Assembly: GCA_041906785.1 (NCBI GenBank)
Contig: JAYRIM010000023.1
Location: 129,985 to 193,984 of the forward strand
DNA from: Candidatus Levyibacteriota bacterium
Lineage (GTDB): Bacteria > Patescibacteriota > Microgenomatia > Levybacterales > UBA12049
DNA length: 64,000 nt
Reading direction: 5' to 3'
In this document: positions 57,137 to 64,000 of the stretch, one piece after another
How the letters are laid out: each line of letters starts with the position of its first letter
How positions within the stretch are numbered: position 1 is the stretch's first letter
Position numbers and translations under genes: made by a program
Notes under the pieces: model-generated
What the model saw: the letters and a program-made list of their open reading frames with translations, nothing else
Databases searched by the model: none
Told to the model about the DNA's origin: nothing

Positions 57137-57850
57137 TTAAGAATTTACAATGATTTTCAGGAATTGATCACTATCTAGACTTGCTCCTCCCACAAGTACA
57201 CCGTCAAGATGCTCCATACTCGTAAATCTATGAACATTGTCCGCAGTAACACTTCCCCCATAGAGAACTGCTGTAACTCCCTGTGCTTGTTTTATTTGCT
57301 TTGCGACAGTATCGGCGTTTTCTGGTGTATCGGGATGACCACTACCAATTGCGAAGACCGGCTCATATGCCACTATAGATACTCCTTCTGGTATAACTGT
57401 CTCTAGACCTTGGACACAATAAATCGGTTCTATATTGTACTTTTTTGCTTCTGTAACTTTTTTCCCTAATACCTCATCACTTTCAAAAAAATATGTCCTA
57501 CGTTCTGAGTGTCCAATAATAGCAAAAGACACATCATAACCTTCGAGATTCTCTCCACAGACGGCTCCCGTATACGCACCTGCCGAAAACGGGCTTATAT
57601 CTTGCACTCCTAAAGAAAGACCAGGCAGGCTACTTAATAACCTCTCAGAAAAAAGCTGTAAAGATGGAAGCGGAGGAGCTATAACAATGTGTTTCGTATC
57701 AAGAAGAAACTGATCGTTAAAACCTATCTTAAACTTTTCTATCCAGTTCTGAATGTCAAAACGGGTTTTATGAGATTTAAAGTTACCAACAATTGTTAAT
57801 TTTTTCATGTGGTACAATGCATTATACCCTATGCAAATCGATCTGCTCAA
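57137..57850 (-). CDS. tpiA: triosephosphate isomerase
   Basis: AYEPVFAIGSGHPDTPE and VLYGGSVTADN motifs; the start is likely the internal MKKLTIVGNFK at about 57808. Confidence 0.85.
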   Translation of the reverse strand: MSRSICIGYNALYHMKKLTIVGNFKSHKTRFDIQNWIEKFKIGFNDQFLLDTKHIVIAPPLPSLQLFSERLLSSLPGLSLGVQDISPFSAGAYTGAVCGENLEGYDVSFAIIGHSERRTYFFESDEVLGKKVTEAKKYNIEPIYCVQGLETVIPEGVSIVAYEPVFAIGSGHPDTPENADTVAKQIKQAQGVTAVLYGGSVTADNVHRFTSMEHLDGVLVGGASLDSDQFLKIIVNS

Positions 57851-59672
57851 GGATGTAAACGCCGAACAAAAAAAAGCTATTCTTCATACTGATGGTCCTG
57901 CAATCGTTCTTGCTGGCGCAGGATCAGGAAAAACCAGAGTTCTAACATATAAAGTCATCTATCTCATAGTTGAAAAACATGTACCGCCTGATGCTATTCT
58001 TATGGTAACATTTACCAATAAAGCAGCAAGTGAAATGAAAGAGAGAGTTCAAACGTTTCTTTCTCAATACAACATAAAAAACTTTGAAAAACCTTTTATA
58101 TCTACGTTCCACTCACTCTGTGCCAAAATATTAAGAAGAGAAGCTAAATATCTTGGTTTGTCGTCACATTTCGTAATTTATGATGATCAAGATCAACTGG
58201 ACGCTATAAAAGAATGTATGCATAAACTACTCATTTCTCCAAAAGATACAAAACCAAATGCTGTACTTGGAACAATCTCTCAGGCAAAAAATGAACTTAT
58301 ATCTCCAAAAGATTATGCATTATTTGCACGTGGCACATTTCAAAAAATAGCCGCAACGCTTTATACATATTATCAAAATCTTTTAAAAGAACATGACGCA
58401 GTTGATTTCGATGATCTTATTTTTCATGTTGTGACACTATTCCAAAATAATCCAGAAGTTTTAAAAAAATATCAAAATCAGTTCCAATATATTTTAATTG
58501 ATGAATACCAAGATACAAACAGAGCACAATATGTTCTAACGAAGTTATTAGCGCAGACTCATAATAATGTTTGCGTTGTTGGCGATTTTTCACAAAGTAT
58601 TTATTCTTGGAGAGGTGCTGATTATAGAAATCTTTTACGTTTTAAGGAAGATTTTCCTGATACTAAAACATTTTCTTTATCCCAAAATTACCGCTCGACA
58701 CAAAAAATTCTGGATGGAGCATCAACAGTCATAGCTAAGAATACATCTCATCCTGTTTTGTCGCTGTGGACAGAAAATCCAGGGGGAGAAGAGATTGATA
58801 TTTATGAAGCAATCAATGAGCAAGAAGAGGCAGATTTTATTATAAGAACTATTTATTCTATCGGTATAAGTAAGCTTGATCATATTGCTGTGTTATATCG
58901 AACGAACGCTCAATCCCGCGTGGTTGAAGAAGCATTCTTACACCATGGCATTCCTTATACACTTATTGGAGGGACAAGATTCTATGAAAGAAAAGAAGTT
59001 AAAGATGTTTTATCATATTTACGAATATTTGTGAATCCGAAAGATCTTATCTCTTATAAAAGGTTAGAAAAAATCGGTAAAACGAGATTGGCAAGATTCA
59101 TCGAATTTACAAAAAAGCATACGACAGAAGAAGAGACAATCGAGATACTCGATGGAATAATAAAAGAAACGCAGTATCTTGAATTATATGACGAGAACGA
59201 TGAGCAAGATAGAATGCGTCTCGAAAATATAAAAGAGCTTCGTTCAGTTGCGCTTTCTTTTCCACATCTCACAGAATTTTTAGAGAATGTTGCGTTAGTG
59301 GAAAGCGAATATATAACCGAACAAACGAGAAAAGAAGAACGAAAAAATACTGTTACATTAATGACATTACATGCAGCAAAAGGACTCGAATTCCCAATCG
59401 TTTTTATGATCGGCATGGAAGAAGGAATTTTCCCACATAGTCGTTCTTTAATGAATCGAGAAGAATTAGAAGAAGAGAGAAGACTCTGTTATGTAGGTAT
59501 GACCCGAGCAAAAGAGAAACTATATCTAACCTATGCTCGGAGAAGAACATTTTTTGGCCAAAGAACAAATAACACGATCTCACGGTTTATTTTCGAACTG
59601 CCTGAACATGTAGTGAATAAAAGTTTGGAGTACAATAAAATAAAGAAAGAAGGCATACTGGAATACTTCTAG
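57807..59672 (+). CDS. UvrD/PcrA-type SF1 DNA helicase (short form)
   Basis: 621 aa; GAGSGKTRVLT Walker A, DEYQDT, and motif VI (VGMTRAKEKLYLTYA). Confidence 0.8.
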   Translation: MWYNALYPMQIDLLKDVNAEQKKAILHTDGPAIVLAGAGSGKTRVLTYKVIYLIVEKHVPPDAILMVTFTNKAASEMKERVQTFLSQYNIKNFEKPFISTFHSLCAKILRREAKYLGLSSHFVIYDDQDQLDAIKECMHKLLISPKDTKPNAVLGTISQAKNELISPKDYALFARGTFQKIAATLYTYYQNLLKEHDAVDFDDLIFHVVTLFQNNPEVLKKYQNQFQYILIDEYQDTNRAQYVLTKLLAQTHNNVCVVGDFSQSIYSWRGADYRNLLRFKEDFPDTKTFSLSQNYRSTQKILDGASTVIAKNTSHPVLSLWTENPGGEEIDIYEAINEQEEADFIIRTIYSIGISKLDHIAVLYRTNAQSRVVEEAFLHHGIPYTLIGGTRFYERKEVKDVLSYLRIFVNPKDLISYKRLEKIGKTRLARFIEFTKKHTTEEETIEILDGIIKETQYLELYDENDEQDRMRLENIKELRSVALSFPHLTEFLENVALVESEYITEQTRKEERKNTVTLMTLHAAKGLEFPIVFMIGMEEGIFPHSRSLMNREELEEERRLCYVGMTRAKEKLYLTYARRRTFFGQRTNNTISRFIFELPEHVVNKSLEYNKIKKEGILEYF

Positions 59673-59726
59673 TTAATATGAAAGATTAAATATCAAAAAT
59701 AAAATATTTAATCTTTACTTTTTGAT

Positions 59727-60803
59727 ATGGTACTAAGATCAATCACTGAACAAGACAAAGAAAAGTTTAATAAAGTTGTAACTCATCCTCTTCAATCCTA
59801 TGAGTGGGGAGAGTTTCGAAAAAAAACTGGTGTTAGAGTTACACGAAAGGGAGTATATGAGGACAATACATTAGTTGATGGATTCCAGTTAACAATCCAT
59901 CCTCTGCCCAAAACCGATTGGACAATTGGCTACATCCCAAAAGGCAATATGCCAACCGAAGACGTTCTTCAAGATTTGCGGAAAATTGGCAAGGAACAAA
60001 AATGTATCTTTATTCAATTAGAACCAAATGTCCGAAAACACGAACTGACAACTAACCCGCTTCGACCTGTCGAAGACGAGGCGAGCAACTCACAACTTGA
60101 ACCAAAGGCTCATCAGCCTCTGGCTGAGACAACTTTTCGTCCTTCCGCTCATCCACTTTTTACGAAATATACGTTCCAGCTAAATCTTACGCAATCAGAA
60201 GAACAACTTTTAGAAAACATGCACCCAAAAACACGATATAACATAAAAATTGCAAAACGTCATGGGGTAGAGATTAGTGAAGATAATTCTGATGAGGCAT
60301 TTGAAAGATATTGGGAATTAACAAAAGAAACAACCTCTCGACAAGGATTCTATGCGCACGATAAAAAGTATCACCTTCTTCAGTGGCAAACATTTCCCCA
60401 CACAAAAAGTCCAAACGCCTTAAGCTCTCATTTATTTGTTGCAAAATATCAAGGTAAGATTTTGACAACAATGCTATTCTTTATCTTTCATGACACGCTA
60501 TATTACCCATATGGAGCATCCAGTAACGAGTCGAGAAATGTTATGCATTCCACACTTACGATGTGGGAAGCAATATTATTTGGCAAAAAAATGGGATTAA
60601 AAAAGTTTGATATGTGGGGAGCACTAAACCAAAATCCCTCTTCTAGAGATCCCTGGATTGGTTTTCATACCTTTAAAGAACGCTTTGGACCAGAGCATGT
60701 AGAATTTATAGGAAGTTATGACCTTGTAATCCATACTTTTCTTTATCAAGGATATAAAATCGCAGACAAACTCCGCTGGCTTTTGCTACGGTTAAAAAAG
60801 TAG
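59727..60803 (+). CDS. FemAB family (peptidoglycan interpeptide bridge) aminoacyltransferase-like protein
   Basis: 358 aa; the N-terminus QSYEWGEFRKKTG resembles the FemAB start, and TRYNIKIAKRHGVEI is a GNAT-like fold. Confidence 0.6.
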   Translation: MVLRSITEQDKEKFNKVVTHPLQSYEWGEFRKKTGVRVTRKGVYEDNTLVDGFQLTIHPLPKTDWTIGYIPKGNMPTEDVLQDLRKIGKEQKCIFIQLEPNVRKHELTTNPLRPVEDEASNSQLEPKAHQPLAETTFRPSAHPLFTKYTFQLNLTQSEEQLLENMHPKTRYNIKIAKRHGVEISEDNSDEAFERYWELTKETTSRQGFYAHDKKYHLLQWQTFPHTKSPNALSSHLFVAKYQGKILTTMLFFIFHDTLYYPYGASSNESRNVMHSTLTMWEAILFGKKMGLKKFDMWGALNQNPSSRDPWIGFHTFKERFGPEHVEFIGSYDLVIHTFLYQGYKIADKLRWLLLRLKK

Positions 60804-60804
60804 T

Positions 60805-62421
60805 ATGAGCATATTTTCACAGTATTTAAAAAAGCTTGAATTAGTATCTTCTGTTTATATTTCATTTTTCCTCCTTTGTCTTACATTTGTTATATACAGT
60901 AATACGCTAGTAAATGGTCTTTTCTTTGATGACGAACATTTTATTTATAATAATCAATTGGTAAAAGCATTTAATTTTCCAGGAATCTTTACTCAGAGTA
61001 TTTCGAAAGGAGATGGTTTTTCAACAAATTATTATAGGCCATTATTATTATTATCTTTTACTCTTGAATATAAACTTTTTGGAAATGCCGGCTTTATCTA
61101 CCATTTTATGAGTATTCTTTTCCATGCAAGTGGAGGAATAGTCTTATATCTGCTTTTATTGAAAATCAGCAAAAACAAAATTATAAGTTTAATAACTTCT
61201 TTGCTGTTTCTTATTCATCCACTACAAACCGAAGCTGTAGCGTATGCCTCCGGTAGGGGAGATCCCATGAGCGTTTTCTTCATATTACTGACAATTCTTT
61301 TTTCGTTTCAGGGAAAAAAGCGATTTTTTAGTATGTTTTTTTTAATCTGTGCCTTGTTATCAAAGGAGACAGCAATAATTACTCCTATTCTTATGTTTAT
61401 AAGCCATCTTACAGAAAGAAAAGATCTCTCAATACAAACAGTAAAGGAAGTTTTTAAAAAAGCTCTTCCTTCTATAGGAATCGTTCTTTTTTATATTTTT
61501 CTTAGGTTAACAATCTTCAATTTTGCTGACACTCTTAACTTTCAACAGGAACATAATAGTTATACTGATAATATTTTTGTCCGAATAAATACGTTTTTTT
61601 GGCTTCTCCCATCATATATCGGACTTTTACTTTATCCTAAAGATTTATTTATGGAACGGGATCAGCTAGTATCGTTTCAAACGTCCTTCTCGTTTTCAGC
61701 CTCAATAAGTATATTGCTTATGTTTAGTTTTTTCCTTTTGGCAATAAAGTACTTTAAAAAAAATGCGTTATTTTTTTTCAGTATTAGTTGGTTTTACGCA
61801 AATTTTATTCTCTTTTCAGGAATTCTTATTCCTATAAATGGTTATTTCTATGAACATTATCTCTACGCAGCATCAATTGGTGTTTTTCTTTGTATTGCAC
61901 TTGGTATAAACAAAGTAATTACCTATGAGCAACAAAATGTAATAAGAATTTTTACCTTAACAATCTTTTCCTTTATCCTTGTATTTTTTATATACAGAAC
62001 ATGGATAAGAAATTTTGAGTGGCATGATCCAAAAACATTTTATGAGCAAACACTCCGACATATTAAAAGTCCACGCATATATAATAATTTGGGAATGGCA
62101 TATAGTGAAGAGGGGCAGACTGATAAGGCAATAGCAGCATATCGAAATGCAATTAACTTATCTGATACATATGCTGAAACTCATTATAATTTAGCAAACA
62201 TGTATAAAGAAAAAGGAGAATTCAAAAATGCAGAGAACGAATATAGACGATCATTGCAAATAAATCCATATTTTTACCATTCCTATATTCAATTGTACGC
62301 CATATATAAGCAACAACAAAACAACCAAGGAATTCAGGATATAGAAAAAAGTTTAAAAAAGTTGGGGGAGAAAAACAGTGAGTATAATAAACTTTTAGAT
62401 ATACTGCGTAATAATTATTGA
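60805..62421 (+). CDS. TMTC-like membrane protein: GT-C/PMT_2-like N-terminal domain plus C-terminal TPR repeats
   Basis: 538 aa with about 10 TM helices, then TPR repeats (IYNNLGMAYSEEGQTDKAIAAYRNAINL..., AETHYNLANMYKEKGEFKNAENEYRRSLQINP). Confidence 0.6.
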   Translation: MSIFSQYLKKLELVSSVYISFFLLCLTFVIYSNTLVNGLFFDDEHFIYNNQLVKAFNFPGIFTQSISKGDGFSTNYYRPLLLLSFTLEYKLFGNAGFIYHFMSILFHASGGIVLYLLLLKISKNKIISLITSLLFLIHPLQTEAVAYASGRGDPMSVFFILLTILFSFQGKKRFFSMFFLICALLSKETAIITPILMFISHLTERKDLSIQTVKEVFKKALPSIGIVLFYIFLRLTIFNFADTLNFQQEHNSYTDNIFVRINTFFWLLPSYIGLLLYPKDLFMERDQLVSFQTSFSFSASISILLMFSFFLLAIKYFKKNALFFFSISWFYANFILFSGILIPINGYFYEHYLYAASIGVFLCIALGINKVITYEQQNVIRIFTLTIFSFILVFFIYRTWIRNFEWHDPKTFYEQTLRHIKSPRIYNNLGMAYSEEGQTDKAIAAYRNAINLSDTYAETHYNLANMYKEKGEFKNAENEYRRSLQINPYFYHSYIQLYAIYKQQQNNQGIQDIEKSLKKLGEKNSEYNKLLDILRNNY

Positions 62422-63026
62422 CTAGATATTAATGAAGGTTTTATATATTTTGCAAGTTTTATATTCTGTTTAGATTCTAGTTTTGCTTTAATTTCATTAG
62501 CTTTACGATCGTTTAGAAAAAACAAAGGCTGTTTCACAAAGGGAATGTATTTAATAGCCGAAGAGATTTTTAATAAAAGCATACTTTCTGTTTGGCTACC
62601 AAGATCCATTCCAAACCCTATTACTCTTCTACAGTTCACATAGCTACATCTGCATTCCATTTTCCATTCAATTGAGCTATAAAACATACCATAATCACAC
62701 GTTATTTCTTCACCTTTCTGGATATCTCGTACAGCAATATCTGTATAAATCCCGTCAATAAAAAGAGGTAGTACATTTGCATCACAACTGTGATTAGTAT
62801 AAGGACCTTGTTCTGTTATGATCCACGTACCAAATTCATCTTCAACACCATACTTAATGATCTCATCTTTCTGTCGTTGATCAAGCGCCTCAAATTCTTG
62901 CTCGCTATATCGAAAATCTTTATCAGAATAAAAATACACTATAGTTCCTCGCGGAATGAAATCTTCAGCAAAAAAACCATTACCTTCTATCAGACTTCGT
63001 TTAACCGATACCTTTATTACATACAT
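62415..63026 (-). CDS. SET-domain protein (putative protein-lysine methyltransferase)
   Basis: GNGFFA...NHSCDANV...GEEITCDYG SET motifs, then a Cys-rich post-SET region CRCSYVNCRR. Confidence 0.7.
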   Translation of the reverse strand: MYVIKVSVKRSLIEGNGFFAEDFIPRGTIVYFYSDKDFRYSEQEFEALDQRQKDEIIKYGVEDEFGTWIITEQGPYTNHSCDANVLPLFIDGIYTDIAVRDIQKGEEITCDYGMFYSSIEWKMECRCSYVNCRRVIGFGMDLGSQTESMLLLKISSAIKYIPFVKQPLFFLNDRKANEIKAKLESKQNIKLAKYIKPSLISSQ

Positions 63027-63046
63027 GCTTCTTTTAAGTATATGCC

Positions 63047-63574
63047 TTATGGGACTCTATAGACAAATAGCTGATTTTTTTTATCATGTACAATCTCTGG
63101 TAAATAATGTATTGGATAGACATAACTTATTACTTTAGTTCCAGATTTCAATTCTCTTATTAATTTCGGTTTCAGTTTTTTAATAACACGAGGTACGAGA
63201 TACAGATAGACAATAGTAGCAGGGGAGAGGTCCACTGTAAAAAAATCTTTCTGTATAAATGTGACAGTATCAGATACACCTTTCCTTTTTGCTTTCATGT
63301 TTGACCACCATACTCTTGATTTACTTGACTCGATGCCGATAGCTTTTATGTTGTATTCTTTTGCAAGTGTCGTAACAGTAGTTCCTGTTCCAGAACCAAG
63401 TTCGTAAAAAACATCTTTTTTTTTAATTTTAGCTAGTTTTCCAAGAACCTCAGATATCTCAGTTGAGGTAGACCACCATGGAGACCATGGACTGTCAGTA
63501 GGAAGAAACCATGTAAGAAGATAAAGAATGAAAAAAATGATACATAGTAGAACTACTTGTGTAATGATAAACAT
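63047..63574 (-). CDS. class I SAM-dependent methyltransferase with an N-terminal TM helix
   Basis: Motif I YELGSGTGTT followed by a Rossmann-like fold. Confidence 0.6.
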   Translation of the reverse strand: MFIITQVVLLCIIFFILYLLTWFLPTDSPWSPWWSTSTEISEVLGKLAKIKKKDVFYELGSGTGTTVTTLAKEYNIKAIGIESSKSRVWWSNMKAKRKGVSDTVTFIQKDFFTVDLSPATIVYLYLVPRVIKKLKPKLIRELKSGTKVISYVYPIHYLPEIVHDKKNQLFVYRVP

Positions 63575-63600
63575 ATGTTTGGACTGTTATTGCAATATAA

Positions 63601-63900
63601 TTATAGTTTTAGAAGTACCTTTCCAAGAATATCCTTTCGATGTATCATACCAAATTTTCTACTGTCAGTACTTTTATCTTGATTATCTCCACGGATAGAG
63701 TAGAGGGAATTGTTAAAAGCAAATATTCTTTTAATAAGAATTCTGTCTGTTCGAGGATCTTTACAAATAACAATATCTCCCACGGTAGGTTTTCGTAAAA
63801 GATAGGGGAGAGGGGAAGCAATAACAGTATCTCCAGATTTTAATACTGGTACCATGCTATCACCTGATATAACAAACTTTTTGAAAATAAACATATACAT
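63601..63900 (-). CDS. S26-family signal peptidase, mini form
   Basis: GDSMVPVL (Ser box), IKR, and GDNQDKSTDSRKFG boxes within 99 aa. Confidence 0.6.
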   Translation of the reverse strand: MYMFIFKKFVISGDSMVPVLKSGDTVIASPLPYLLRKPTVGDIVICKDPRTDRILIKRIFAFNNSLYSIRGDNQDKSTDSRKFGMIHRKDILGKVLLKL

Positions 63901-64000
63901 AAAAATGTAAAAACTAAAAGGTCAATGTTTGTTTTCGTGAAAATTCAATGTAAGAACGAGGGAATATTTCACAGAGGTTATGTAGCAGATTTTGTTTGGT

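Noticed and set aside
1-64000. CRISPR arrays, rRNA genes, transposases and integrases.
   Set aside because: No regularly spaced direct repeats with unique spacers were seen. There is no 16S/23S/5S-like conserved sequence, and no DDE or tyrosine-recombinase-like ORF. The only nuclease-like mobile-element candidate is the small GIY-YIG gene.

Overview
AT-rich (about one-third GC), tightly packed bacterial chromosome segment with mostly short intergenic regions and overlapping genes. The gene content suggests a Candidate Phyla Radiation (Patescibacteria)-like organism: no L30 gene between rpsE and rplO, ribosomal proteins with low-complexity extensions, a type-Z S14, many small hypothetical membrane proteins, pilus-like genes and a large envelope-glycosylation locus.

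Content, left to right:
- recA (truncated by the window edge), tRNA-Pro(GGG) followed by a small GIY-YIG nuclease gene, and a CAP/YkwD-domain membrane protein.
- An anomalous GC-rich island of about 350 bp (2425-2780) with a 56-aa ORF, a strong ribosome-binding site and three palindromes.
- A four-helix-bundle (23S rRNA intervening-sequence-type) gene bracketed by inverted repeats, a PspC-domain protein and an FKBP-type isomerase.
- An SF1 (HelD-like) helicase flanked by two paralogous unknown genes.
- A PPC domain protein, a bactofilin-like beta-helix membrane protein, an MBL-fold hydrolase and a GNAT acetyltransferase.
- The ribosomal superoperon on the minus strand, 32361 down to 13564: tuf, rpsJ, rplC, rplD, rplW, rplB, rpsS, rplV, rpsC, rplP, rpmC, rpsQ, rplN, rplX, rplE, rpsZ, rpsH, rplF, rplR, rpsE, rplO, secY, adk, cmk, map, infA, rpmJ, rpsM, rpsK, rpsD, rpoA, rplQ, rplM, rpsI. 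It carries several structured intergenic repeats.
- An 8-kb cluster of small hydrolases (HAD, two NUDIX, LD-carboxypeptidase, GH18-like, PIG-L, SGNH, HD) separating tuf from fusA.
- A PilN/PilO-like operon ending in a large surface protein.
- A glycosylation cluster: FAD oxidoreductase, two GT-C paralogs, a further polytopic membrane protein, GT4, a HAD-like protein, a Chlor_Arch_YYY protein and an LCP-family protein.
- tpiA, a UvrD-like helicase, FemAB, a TMTC-like TPR protein, and a SET-domain / methyltransferase / mini signal-peptidase trio.

No CRISPR array, rRNA or obvious transposase was seen.
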